Shown: piece after piece, positions 47,380 through 59,381 of the stretch | How positions within the stretch are numbered: position 1 is the first letter of the stretch | Layout of the letters: each line of letters opens with the position of its first letter | From: Squalus acanthias | Taxonomy: Eukaryota | Reading direction: 5' to 3' | Assembly (NCBI GenBank): GCA_030390025.1 | Contig: JASTWF010000035.1 | Span: 3,534,001 to 3,598,000, forward strand | DNA length: 64,000 bases | Position numbers and translations under genes: made by a program | Notes under the pieces: generated by a model | Told to the model about the DNA's origin: nothing | Seen by the model: only the letters and a program-made list of their open reading frames with translations | Databases searched by the model: none

Positions 47380-48096
47380 GTATGGGATATTTTACATCTT
47401 AACCTAACATTCATTAGTCAAGGAGACAGGATGTCTTTTTACTATTTATTAAAACACTGTAATAGGACATTACATGAAGAACTGTAACAGACAGCCAAAC
47501 TTCTCTCCCTGAGGTAGGGGATCCAACTTGCCTGGACTTGCCCCTCAGGCTCCAGCCCCTCCCTCTCTGTATGGCCGGGGAACTGGGTCAAAAGCAATCT
47601 CAAAACACAACAGGATATAAAGGAACAAAACAACCTGAGTTTAATGTTGTAATATAGTCCAATGCTCATCTTTTATACTGGACCACACAGGGGATGATTT
47701 TAGGGTCTAATTTAAAGCTGCAGAAAAGCAATAAAACGTGGAGTTAAATTTGTTTGGGATGAATGTTTTTTTAAGATAAAGGTTAAGCAGATTTTCTTTA
47801 CTCATTATTTAGATTTATTTACAAATGCACATAAGTTAATGAGAATTCACCATATGTATTAATTTTAAATCCCCTGGGCCGAATGATGTATAACCTAGGG
47901 TGCTGAAAGAGAGTAGGAAGAACATTTGTGGGGCAGTGGCTGCAATGATGAAAGATTCAGTGGGTGCCGGAGAGGTTGTGCAGAATTGGAATCGAGCAAA
48001 TGTAGTATCTGTATTTAAAAAGAGGGACTAACAAACTATGCCTAATACTGGGTAAAATAATGGAAACTAAACCAAGAAGGTCCTGCCCGAAAAGCC

Positions 48097-51000
48097 TCAT
48101 CTAAGGTAGTAATCTCTGGATTGCTTCCAGGGCCACGTGCTAATCAGAATAGAGAGAACAGGATAGTGAGATTGAATACGTGGATTGAGCAGTGGTGCAG
48201 GAGGGAGGGATTCAAATTCCTGAGCCATTGGAACCAGTTCTGGGGGAAGTGGGACCTGTACAAAAGGGACGGTCTGCACTTGGGCAGGACTGGAACCGAT
48301 GTCCTCGGGGTAATATTTGCTAAAGCAGTTCGGGAGGATTTAAACTAATATGGCAGGGGAATGGGAACCTATGTAGCGAAACAGGGGGAAGTAATATGCA
48401 GTCAGAAACAAATGTTAGAAAGGTGAGAAACAATAGGGGAAGGCCGAGTAAACAAAGGCAAGAAACACAAAGGGCCATACTAAATCATAAGTCTAAAAGG
48501 ACAAAGGATGTTAATAAAACAAGCCTAAAGGCTCTGTGTCTTAATGCAAGGAGTATCCGTAATAAGGTGGATGAATTGACTGTGCAAATAGATGTTAACG
48601 GATACGATGTGATTGGGATTACAGAGACGTGGCTCCAGAACAATCAAGGCTGGGAACTGAACATCCAGGGGTATTCAACATTCAGAAAGGATAGAATAAA
48701 AGGAAAAGGGGGTGGGGTAGCATTGCTGGTTAAAGAGGAGATTAATGCAATAGCTAGGAAGGACATCAGCTTGGAGGATGTGGAATCAATATGGGTTGAG
48801 CTGCAGAACACCAAAGGGCAGAAAACGTTAGTGGGAGTTGTGTACAGACCTCCAAACAGCAGTAGTGAGGTGGGGGAGGGTATGAAACAGGAAATCAGAG
48901 GTGCGTGCAAAAAAGGCACGGCAGTTATCATGGGTGACTTTAATATGCATACAGATTGGGCTACTCAAACTGGAAGCAATACGGTGGAGGAGGATTTCCT
49001 GGAGTGTTTAAGGGATGGTTTCCTAAACCAATATGTTGAGGAACCAACTCGAGGGGAGGCCATCCTGGACTGGGTGTTGTGTAATGAGGAAGGACTAATC
49101 AGCAATCTTGTGGTACGAGGCCCCCTGGGGAAGAGTGACCATAGTATGGTGGAGTTCTACATTAGGATGGAGAAGGAAACAGTTAAGTCAGAGACCATGG
49201 TCCAGAACTTAAATAAGGGCAACTTTGAGGGTATGAGGCGTGAATTGGCGAGGTTAAATTGGCAAGCGATATTTAAGGGGCTATCAGTGGAAGGGCAATG
49301 GCAGACATTTAGAGATCGCATGGATGAACTACAACAATTGTACATCCCGGTCTGGCGTAAAAATAAAAAAGGGAAGGTGGCTCAACCATGGCTAACAAGG
49401 GAAATCAGGGATAGTATTAAAACCAAGGAAGTTGCATACAAATTGGCCAGAAGTAGCAGCAAACCCGGGGACTGGGAGAACTTCAAAACTCAGCAGAGGA
49501 GGACGAAGGGTTTGATTAGGGCAGGGAAAATAAAATATGAAAGGAAGCTTGCAGAGAACATTAAAATGGACAGCAAAAGCTTCTATAAATATGTAAAAAG
49601 AAAGAGGTTAGTAAAAACAAACGTAGGTCCCCTGCAGTCGGAAACAGGGGAAGTCGTAATGGGGAACAAGGAAATGGCAGATCAATTGAACAAGTACTTT
49701 GGTTCGGTGTTTACTGTGGAGGACACACACAACCTGCCGGAAATAAAAGGGGTCAGAGGATCTGGTAAGAGGGAGGAGCTGAGGGAAATCCTTATTAGTC
49801 GGGAAAAGGTATTGGGAAAATTGATGGGACTGAAGGCTGAAAAATCCCCGGGGCCTGATGGTCTGCATCCCAGAGTACTTAAGGAGGTGGCCTTGGAAAT
49901 AGTGGATGCATTGACGATCATTTTCCAACATTCCTTAGACTCTGGATCAGTTCCGATGGAGTGGAGGGTGGCCAATGTAACCCCTCTTTTTAAAAAAGGA
50001 GGGAGGGAGAAAGCAGGGAATTATAGACCGGTCAGCCTGACATCGGTTGTGGGTAAAATGATGGAAGCAATTATTAAAGATGTCATAACAGACCATTTGG
50101 AAAGTGGCGACATGATAGGTCCAAGTCAGCATGGATTTGTGAAAGGGAAATCATGCTTGACAAATCTTCTGGAATTTTTTGAGGATGTTTCGAATAGGGT
50201 GGACAGGGGGGAGCCAGTAGATGTGGTGTATTTGGACTTTCAGAAGGCCTTCGACAAGGTTCCACACAAGAGATTGGTGAGCAAAGTTAAAGCACATGGG
50301 ATTGGGGGTAATGTGTTGACGTGGATTGAGAACTGGTTGGCACACAGGAAACAAAGAGTAGGAGTAAATGGGTACTTTTCAGAATGGCAGGCAGTGACCA
50401 GCGGGGTACCGCAGGGTTCGGTGCTGGGACCCCAGCTGTTTACATTATATATTAATGATTTGGACGAAGGGATTAAATGTAATATCTCCAAATTTGCGGA
50501 TGACACTAAATTGGGAGGCAGTGTGAACAATGAGGAGGATGCTAGGAGGCTACAGAGTGACTTGGACAGGTTGGGTGAATGGGCAAATGTATGGCAGATG
50601 AAGTACAATGTGGATAAATGTGAGGTTATCCACTTTGGTGGTAAAAATAGAGAGGCGGACTATTACCTGAATGGTGGCAGATTAGGGAAAGGGGAGGTGC
50701 AACGAGACCTGGGCATCATGGTACATCAGTCATTGAAGGTGGGAATGCAAGTGCAGCAGGCAGTCAAGAAAGCAAACGGAATGATGGCCTTCATAGTAAG
50801 GGGATTTGAGTACAGGAGTAGGGAGGTGATGCTGCAGTTGTACAGGGCCTTGGTGAGGCCACACCTGGAGTATTGTGCGCAGTTTTGGTCTCCTAACTTA
50901 AGGAAGGACATTCTTGCTATTGAGGGAGTGCAGCGAAGGTTCACTAGATTGATTCCTGGGATGGCCGGACTGACATATCAAGAAAGATTGGGTCAACTGA

Positions 51001-51430
51001 ACTTGTATCCTCTGGAGTTCAGAAGAATGAGGGGGGATCTTATAGAGACATTTAAAATCCTGACTGGTTTAGACAAATTAGATGCGGGCAGAATGTTCCC
51101 AATGGTAGGGAAAACTAGAACCAGGGGTCACAGTCTAAGGATTAAGGGGAAGCCATTTAGGACTGAGCTGAGGAGGAACTTCTTCACCCAGAGAGTGGTG
51201 AATCTATGGAATTCTCTTCCACAGAAGGTTGTTGAGGCCAGTTCGCTAAATATATTCAAAAGGGAGTTAGATATAACACTCACAACAAGGGGGATCAAGG
51301 GGTATGGCGAGAAAGCAGGAATGGGGTACTGAGGTAGCATGTTCAGCCATGAACGCATTGAATGGCGGTGCAGGCTCGAAGGACCGAATGGTCTACTCCT
51401 GTACCTATTTTCTATGTTTCTATGTTTCTA
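48097..51430 (+). mobile_element. Young CR1, truncated within ORF1, ORF2 intact
   Basis: ORF1 C-terminus at 48121-48348; 3' UTR and (TTCTATGT)n tail. Confidence 0.93.
48339..51332 (+). CDS. CR1 ORF2p (APE plus RT), open from TTTAAAC; first ATG at 48396
   Basis: 978 aa from the ATG with all EN/RT motifs; 19 further open codons back to the slippery site. Confidence 0.9.
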   Translation, partial: FKLIWQGNGNLCSETGGSNMQSETNVRKVRNNRGRPSKQRQETQRAILNHKSKRTKDVNKTSLKALCLNARSIRNKVDELTVQIDVNGYDVIGITETWLQNNQGWELNIQGYSTFRKDRIKGKGGGVALLVKEEINAIARKDISLEDVESIWVELQNTKGQKTLVGVVYRPPNSSSEVGEGMKQEIRGACKKGTAVIMGDFNMHTDWATQTGSNTVEEDFLECLRDGFLNQYVEEPTRGEAILDWVLCNEEGLISNLVVRGPLGKSDHSMVEFYIRMEKETVKSETMVQNLNKGNFEGMRRELARLNWQAIFKGLSVEGQWQTFRDRMDELQQLYIPVWRKNKKGKVAQPWLTREIRDSIKTKEVAYKLARSSSKPGDWENFKTQQRRTKGLIRAGKIKYERKLAENIKMDSKSFYKYVKRKRLVKTNVGPLQSETGEVVMGNKEMADQLNKYFGSVFTVEDTHNLPEIKGVRGSGKREELREILISREKVLGKLMGLKAEKSPGPDGLHPRVLKEVALEIVDALTIIFQHSLDSGSVPMEWRVANVTPLFKKGGREKAGNYRPVSLTSVVGKMMEAIIKDVITDHLESGDMIGPSQHGFVKGKSCLTNLLEFFEDVSNRVDRGEPVDVVYLDFQKAFDKVPHKRLVSKVKAHGIGGNVLTWIENWLAHRKQRVGVNGYFSEWQAVTSGVPQGSVLGPQLFTLYINDLDEGIKCNISKFADDTKLGGSVNNEEDARRLQSDLDRLGEWANVWQMKYNVDKCEVIHFGGKNREADYYLNGGRLGKGEVQRDLGIMVHQSLKVGMQVQQAVKKANGMMAFIVRGFEYRSREVMLQLYRALVRPHLEYCAQFWSPNLRKDILAIEGVQRRFTRLIPGMAGLTYQERLGQLNLYPLEFRRMRGDLIETFKILTGLDKLDAGRMFPMVGKTRTRGHSLRIKGKPFRTELRRNFFTQRVVNLWNSLPQKVVEASSLNIFKRELDITLTTRGIKGYGEKAGMGY

Positions 51431-54027
51431 CATACATACGAATTAGGAGCAGGAGTAGGCCACTCAGCCCCTCGAGCCTGCTCCACCATTCAATAAGATC
51501 ATGGCTGATCTGATTACTCCACATTCCCGTCTACCCCCGATAACCTTTCACCCCTTGCTTATCAGGAATCTATCTACCTCTGCCTTAAAAATATTCAAAG
51601 ACTCTGCTTCCACCGCCCTCTGAGGAAGAGAGTTCCAAAGACTCACGACCCTCTGAGAATAAATTTCTCCTCATCTCTGTCTTAAATGGGCGACCCCTTA
51701 TTTTTAAACAGTGACCTCTAGTTCTAGATTCTCCCACAAGAGGAAACATCCTCTCCACATCCACCCTGTCCAGACCCCTCAGGATAATATATGTTTCAAT
51801 CAAGTCACCTCTTGCTCTTCTAAACTCCAGCGTATACAAGTCTAGCCTGTCCAACTTTTCCTCATAAGACAACCCGCCCATTCCAGGTATTCGTCTAGTA
51901 AACCTTCTCTGAGCTGCTTCCAACGCATTTATATCCTTCCTTAAATAAGGAGACCAATACTGTACACAGTACTCTAGATGTGGTCTCACCAATGCCCTGT
52001 ATAACTGAAGCATAACCTCACTACTTTTGTATTCAATTCCCCTCGCAATAAACGATAACATTCTATTAGCTTTCCTAATTACTTGCTGTACTGCATACTA
52101 ACCTTTTGCGATTCATGCACTAGGACACCCAGATCCCTCTGCATCTCAGAGCTTTGCAATCTCTCACCATTTAGATAATATGCTTCTTTTTTATTCTTCC
52201 TGCCAAAATGGACAATTTCACATTTTCCCACATTATACTCCATTTGCCAGTTCTTTGCCCACTCACTTAACCTATCTATATCCCTTTGTAGCCTCCTTAT
52301 GTCCTCTTCACAATTTACTTTCCTACCTATCTTTGTGTCATCAGCAAATTTAGCAACCATACCTTTTGTCCCTTCATTCGAGTCATTTATATAAATTGTA
52401 AAAAGTTGAGGCCCCAGCACTGATCCCTGTGGCACACCACTCGTTACATCTTGCCAATCAGAAAATGACCCATTTATGCCTACTCTCTGTTTCCTGTTAG
52501 CTTGCCAATCTTCTATCCATGCCAATATGTTACTCCCTATACCATGAGCTTTTATTTTCCACAATAACCTTTGATGTGGCACCTTAGCAAATGCCTTCTG
52601 GAAATCTAAGTACAGTACATCCACCGGTTCCCCTTTATCCACAGCACATGTTACTTCCTCAAAGAACTCCAATAAATTGGTTAAACATGATTTCCCTTTC
52701 ACAAAATAATGTTGCATAGAAACATAGGAGCAGGAGCGGGCCATTCAGCCCCTCGAACCTGCTCCGCCATTCAATGAGATCATGGCTGATCATCCAAATT
52801 CAGTACCCTGTCCCTGCCTTCTCTCCATATCCCTTGATCCCTTTAGCTTTAAGAAATATATCTAACTCCTTCTTGAATATATTTAATGAATTGGCCTCTA
52901 CTGCCTTCTGTGGTAGAGAATTCCACAGGTTCACCACTCTCTGGGTGAAGAAATTCCTTCTCATCTCAGTCCTAAATGGCTTACCCCTTATGCTTAGACT
53001 GTGACCCTAGGGATCTGGACTCCCCCGCCATCGGGAACATCCTTCCTGCATCTAGTCTGTCTAGTCCTGTTAGAATTTTATAAGTTTCAATGAGATCCCC
53101 TCTCATTCTTCTAAACTCTAGCGAATATAAGCCCAATCGACCCAATCTCTCCTCATACGTCATTCCTGCCATCCCAGGTATCAGCCTGGTGAATCTTCGC
53201 TGCACTCCCTCCATGGCAAGTACATCCTTCCTCAGATAAGGTGACCAAAACTGCACACAATACTCAAGGTGTGGTCCCACCAAGGCCCTGTACAACTGCA
53301 GCAAGATATCGTTGTTCCTGTACTCGAACCCTTTCGCTACGAAGGCCAACATACCATTTGCCTTCTTAACCGCCTGCTGCACCTGCATGCTTACCTTCAG
53401 CGACTGGTGCACAAGGACACCCAGGTCTCGTTGCGCTTCCCCTTCTCCCAATCTATTGCCATTCAGATAATAATCTGCCTTCCTGTTTTTGACACCAAAG
53501 TGGATAACCTCGCATTTATCCACATTGGGCAGAAGCATGGCAGATGCAATATAATCACCCAACCTGTCCAAATCATACTGGAGTTTCTCGGTATCCTCCT
53601 CACAGCACACACGCCCACCCAGCTTTGTGTCATCTGCAAACTTGGAGATATTACATTTAGTTCCCTTATCTAGATCATTAATGTATATTGTGAATAGCTG
53701 GGGTCCAAGGACCGATCCCTGCGGTACCCCACTAGTCACTGCCTACATCTCGGAAAAAGACCCATTAATTCCTACTCTCTGCTTTCTGTCCGCCAACCAG
53801 TTCTCTATCCAAGTCAATACCTTGCCCCCAATCCCATGTGCCTCAACTTTACATGCTAATCTCTTATGCGGGACCTTATCGAAAGCCTTTTGAAAGTCCA
53901 AATACACCACATCTACTGGTTCTCCCTTATCTATTTTCCCAGTTACATCCTCAAAAAATTCCAGTAGATTAGTCAAGCACGATTTACCTTTTGTAAATCC
54001 ATGTTTACTTTGTCCGATCCTCTCAAT

Positions 54028-54769
54028 GGCCCAAAAATTAGTGCCGCTACGCGAGAGTACGCACTGTGTACTCTCGCGTATTCTGTCTCCAATTGCCGGT
54101 TTTCTGCATGCACTGTGCATGCGCTGAAAACCGGCACTTGGTGATTTCAAAAGGGGGCGGTTCCTAGGTGAACCGCGTGCGCGCTACAGGCTGCGCGCAC
54201 TCAGTGCACTTAGTGCTTTGAACGCGCAGGTAAGCATGGAAGATTTTACACATAAAGAAAGGAGGCGTAAGACCCTCTTTTAACAAGGTAAGTAGTTAAT
54301 TAAGTATTATTTTGAATTTTTTTCAACAGGTATATCTTTTTTAGAGACGTTAAAGAAAGGTAAGTTTATTTTTATAACTTTTTAAAAGATTTTAAATTTT
54401 TTCAAAAATTTTATTTTTTGTTTAAAGTGGTTAATTTATTTAACTATACTTATTTTATTAATGTGATGTTTTTTTTTAAATTTAATTGAGGTTTAGCTGT
54501 TCTTTTGGGGGGGTATAGTATTCATAGCTTTCACAGCCGTGCTGTGAAAACTATGAATGAAAGATGGTGTGCTGCCATTGGCTCTAACTGAGTCACGTGA
54601 TCCCACAGCTCGCACGAATTAACTGCGCCTGTGGGATACGGAAGCCCTGCACAGCTGCTGTCCAGAACATCAAGTTCGTGCGAGCTGGGAATGAAAAAGC
54701 CAGCGCGCAGTGAGAGATCGCGGGGAAGCCTTACCCTCGCACGAAGGCTCCCTCACTAATTTTTGGGCC
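54028..54769 (-). mobile_element. MITE copy 2 (inverted relative to copy 1)
   Basis: 16-bp perfect TIR GGCCCAAAAATTAGTG; flanks AAT/ATT; colinear reverse complement of 5573-6313. Confidence 0.92.
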
Positions 54770-57226
54770 ATTGTTTTTCAAGTGCTCAGCTATTACATCC
54801 TTTATAATGGACTCTAGCATTTTCCCCACTACCGATGTCAGGCTTACCGGTCTGTAATTCCCCGCTTTCTCTCTACCACCCTTTTTGAATAGTGGGGTAA
54901 CAGTAGCTACCCTCCAATCCATGGGTACAGTTCCAGATTCCATCGAATGTTAGAAGATGATCAGCAATGCATCTACTATTTCTAGGGCCACTTCCTTAAG
55001 TACCCTAGGATGTAGATTATCAGGCCCTGGGGATTTATCGGCCTTCAATCCCGTCAATTTCCCTAACACCATTTCCCTGCAAATACTGATTTCTTTCAGT
55101 TCCTCCCTTTCATCAGACCCTATGTTCTCCAACATCTCTGGGAGGTTATTTGTGTTCTCCTTTGTGAAGACAGAACCAAAATATGCATTTAATTGGTCTG
55201 CCGTTTCTTTGTTCCCCATTATAACCTCCCCCGCTTCTGACTGCAAGGGACCTACACTTGATTTCACTAATCTTTTTCTCTTCACATATCTATAAAAGCT
55301 CTTACAGTCAGTTTTTATGTTCCCTGCAAGCTTACTTTCATATTCTATTTTCCCCTTCTTAATTAATCCCTTTGTCCTCCTTTGTTGAATCCTAAACTGC
55401 TGCCAATCCTCAGGGTTACCGCTTTTTCTGGCCAACTGCTGTGCTCTTATTGCACGCTTCTCTAATTTCTCTTTCAATGCCATCCCCAACCTCCGTATTA
55501 CTGTTTGGGGGTCTATACGCCACTTCCACTAGCGTTTTCTGCCCCTTGGTATTTCTCAGTTATACCCATACAGATTCCACATCATCAGAGCTAATATCCT
55601 CCCTTACAATTGTGTTAATCCCCTCTTTAACCAGCAATGCTACCCCACCTCCTTTTCCTTTTTGCCTATTTTTCCTGAATATTGAATACCCCTGTATGTT
55701 GAGTTCCCAGCCTTGGTCACCCTGGAGCCATGTTTCCGTAATCCCAATCATATCATATTTGTTTACCTCAATTTGCGCAGCTAATTCATCCACCTTATTA
55801 CGAATGCTCCTCGCATTAAGACACAAAGCCTTCAGGCTTGTTTTTTTAACGCTCTTAGACCTTTTAGAATTATTATTTACTGTGGCCACGTTTGATTTAA
55901 ACCCTTGATTTCTCTGACTGACACCTTTTGTTTTTTTCCTTCCTGACTTTTGCTTCTATCCTTGTTTCCCTTTCCTCTGTCTCTCTGCTCAGGTTCCCAA
56001 CCCCCTGCCATTTTAGTTTAAACCCTCCCCCAGAGCACTAGCAAACACTCCCCCAAGGACATCGGTCCCGGTCCTGCCCAGGTGCAAACCATCCGATTTG
56101 TACTGGTCCCACCTCCCCCAGAACCGGTTCCAATGTCCCAGGAATTTGAATCCCTCCCCCTTGCACCATTCCTCTAGGCACATATTCATCTGAAATATTC
56201 TTCTATTTCTACTCTGACTAGCACGTGGCACTGGTAGCAATCCTGAGATTACTACCTTTTGAGTTCCTATTTTTTAATTTACCTCCTAACTCCCTATATT
56301 CAGCTTTTAGGACCTCATCCCGTTTTTTACCTATATCGTTGGTACCTATATGCACCACGACAACTGGCTGGTCACCCTCCCCTTCCAAAATGTTCTGCAG
56401 CCGCTCTGAGACATCCTTGACCCTTGCACCAGGGAGGCAACACACCATCCTGGAGTCTCGTTTGCGGCCGCAGAAACGCCTATCTATTCCCCTTACAATA
56501 GAATCCCCTATCACTATAGCTCTACCCCTCTTTTTCCTCCCGTCCTGTGCAGCAGAGCCACCCCTGGTGCCAGGAAGTTGGCTGCTGCTGCCTTCCCCTG
56601 ATAAGCCATCTCCATCAACAGTATCCAAAGCGATATATCTGTTTGAGAGGGGGATGTCCACAGGGGACTCCTGCACTACCTGACTGCGCCTACTACTCTG
56701 CCTGGTGGTCACCCATTCCCTTTCTGCCTGTGCAACCTTTACCTGCGGTGTGACCAACTGGTTAAACGTGCTATCTACGAGATCCTCAGCATCGCGAATG
56801 CTCCAGTATGTATCCATTCGCAGCTCCAGCGCCACAATGCGGTCTGCCAGTAGCTGCAGCTGGATACACTTCCTGCACACATGGTCGTCAGGGCCACAGG
56901 AAGTGTCCCCGATTTCCCACATAGCGCAGGAGGAGCATACCACGGCGCCGAGCTGTGTTGCCATGACTTACCCTTTAATTAATTGAACAAATTAAATTAA
57001 ATCAATCCCACCAATTATACTATAATTAAATGATATAGGGCCCTTGTTTACCAACTGTCCCCGCTACACCACAGAGACCCTAGAAACTATAAACCACAAA
57101 ATTTAAGTTTGGAAAATGGAGAAAAAGAAATACTCACCAACCAATCACTTACCTGTTTTCTGGTGACGTCACACTTTGATTATTTTTTACTTCTCTCTCT
57201 CCCGCTCTCGGGGCTCAGATTGGTAA

Positions 57227-57420
57227 GCCTACCTGGTCGCCGCTGCCTTTTATTCTCGCCGCTGTCGCTCCACCCAGGTCCGCCGCCTCTGTGGGCCTAC
57301 CTGGTCGCCGCTGCCTTTTATTCTCGCCACTGTCGCTCCACCCAGGTCTGCCGCCTCTGTGGGCCTACCTGGTCGCTGCCGCCTTTTATTGCCACCGCTG
57401 TCGGTCCACCCAGGTCCGCC
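57227..57420 (-). repeat. 68-bp GC-rich tandem repeat (about 2.9 units) at the CR1 5' end
   Basis: GCCTACCTGGTCGC recurs at 57227, 57295 and 57363. Confidence 0.9.
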
Positions 57421-57586
57421 TGCCTCTTCCCTAGGACAGATGTTAAGCTAACTGGCCTGTAGTTTCCTGCTGTCTGTCTCCCTCTTTTTGAATAAAGGAG
57501 TTACATTCGCTATTTTCCAATCTAATGGAACCTTCCCCGAATCTAGGGAATTTTGGAAAATTAAAACCAATGCATCAACTATCTCA

Positions 57587-58425
57587 AAAAGAAAATACTG
57601 CAGATGCTGGAAATCTGAATTAAAAACAGAAAATGCTGGAGATACTCAGCAGGTCAGGCAGCATTTGTGAAGAGAGAAATAGAGTTAACGTTTCAGGTCG
57701 ATGACCTTTCGTCAGAACTGGAAAAAAGCAGGAAATGGAACAGATTTTTAAGTAAGTGTAGGGGCTGGAAAATGGGGGAGGGGATGAAGGAACAAAAGGG
57801 AAGGTCTGTGATGGGATAGAAGGCAGGAGAAGTTAAGAGACATTAAGAGATATTCAAGGCAAAAGGAGATGGTAATGGGACAGGTTAAGAAACAAAGGAT
57901 GGCTCTCGATGAAGTGTAAATTGTGCTGGCAGAATGAAAGACAGCTGCCATGTGGGAGAGAAGAACAGAAGGCACAAACAAAAAGTGTGGATAAAAAATA
58001 GAAATATGATGGGGGCCGAGGTTATGATCTGAAATTGTTGAACTCTATTTTGAGTCCAGAAGGCTGTAAAGTGTCTAATCGAACGATGAGGTGCTGTTCC
58101 TCGAGCTTATGCTGAGCTTCCGTGGAATAATGCAAGAGGCCGAGGACGGTGAGGTCTGAGTGGGAGTGGAGCGGTGAATTAAAGTGACAGGCGACCGGAA
58201 GCTCGGGGTCCCCCTTACGGACTGAACGGAGGTGTTCTGCAAAGCGGTCACCCAACCTGCGTTTGGTCTCCCCAATGTAGAGGAGACCACATCGTGAGCA
58301 GTGAATACAGTATACTAAATTGCAAGAAGTACAAGTAAATCGCTGTTTCACCTGGAAGGGGTGTTTGGGGCCCTGGACAGTGGGAAGGGGGGAGGTATAA
58401 GGGCATGTGCTGCATCTCCTGCGCT
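57587..58425 (-). mobile_element. Penelope-like element, second family (GIY-YIG plus terminus)
   Basis: LVYCIHC..LYIGETKRRLGDRFAEH motif; 16-bp TSD TGCATCAACTATCTCA. Confidence 0.9.
57683..57719 (-). ncRNA. Minimal hammerhead ribozyme
   Basis: Minus strand AGUU-CUGACGA-A-AGGUC(AUC)GACCU-GAAA-CGUU-AACU. Confidence 0.8.
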
Positions 58426-58740
58426 TGCATCAACTATCTCACTATCCACTTCTTTTAAGACCCTAGGATGAAGTCCATCAGGACCCGGGGACTAGTCAGC
58501 CCGCAGCTCCAACAATTTGCTCAGTACCACTTCCCTGGTGATTGTAATTTTCTTGAGTTCCTCCCTCCCTTCCATTTCCTGATTTACAGCTATTTCTGGG
58601 ATGTTACTTGTATCCTCTATAGTGAAGACCGATGCAAAATACCTGTTCAATTCAACTGCCATCTCCTTATTTTCCATTATTAATTCCCCAGACTCACTTT
58701 TTATAGGACCAATGCTCACTGTTAACTCTTTTTTCTTTTT

Positions 58741-59369
58741 AAAGGTCGATGACCTTTCGTCAGAACTGGAAAAAAGTAGGAAATGGAACAGATTTTTAAG
58801 CAAGTGCAGGGGCTGGGAAAGCGGGGAGGGGATGAAAGAACAAAAGGAAAGGTCTGTGATGGGATAGAAGGCAGGAGAAGTTAAGAGACATTAAGAGATA
58901 TTCAAGGCAAAAGAAGATGGTAATGGGACAGGTTAAGAAACAGGATGGCTCTAGATGAAGTGTGAATTGCGCTGGCAGAATGAAAGACAGCTGCCATGTG
59001 GGAGAGAAGAAAAAAAGACACAGACAAAAAGTGTGGATGAAAAATATATATATGATAGGGGCCGAGGTTATGAGCTGAAATTGTTGAACTCTATTTTGAG
59101 TCCAGAAGGCTGTAAAGTGCCTAATCGAAAGATGAGGTGCTGTTCCTCAAGCTTACGCTGAGCTTCCGAGGACGGTGAGGTCTGAGTGGGAGTGGAGCGG
59201 TGAATTAAAGTGACAGGCGACCGGAAGCTCGGGGTCCCCCTTACGGACTGAACGAAGGTGTTCCGGAAAGCGGTCACCCAATCTGCGTTTGGTCTCCCCA
59301 ATGTAGAGGAAACCGCATCGTGAGCAGCGAATACAGTACACTAAATTGCAAGAAGTACAAGTAAATCGT
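58741..59369 (-). mobile_element. Second copy of the same Penelope family, truncated inside its hammerhead
   Basis: Colinear with 57695-58345; YIGETKRRLGDRF motif. Confidence 0.87.
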
Positions 59370-59381
59370 CCGAGACCAAGA

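Larger units (their letters stand above)
52716..57420 (-). mobile_element. Near full-length HER1-like CR1 with internal deletion (near 55438), MITE insertion and frameshifted ORF1
   Basis: ORF1 at 56013-56964 (CSSC, GDS, GTND, DGLH); ORF2 pieces; tail at 52716. Confidence 0.9.
51435..58725 (-). mobile_element. CR1 host element (51435-52715, 57425-57586, 58426-58725) split by a CR1 and a Penelope element
   Basis: RT ORFs at 51585-52744; linker at 58492-58803. Confidence 0.8.

Noticed and set aside
57227..57420. CRISPR-like array
   Set aside because: Contiguous tandem units with no unique spacers, no cas genes, eukaryotic context
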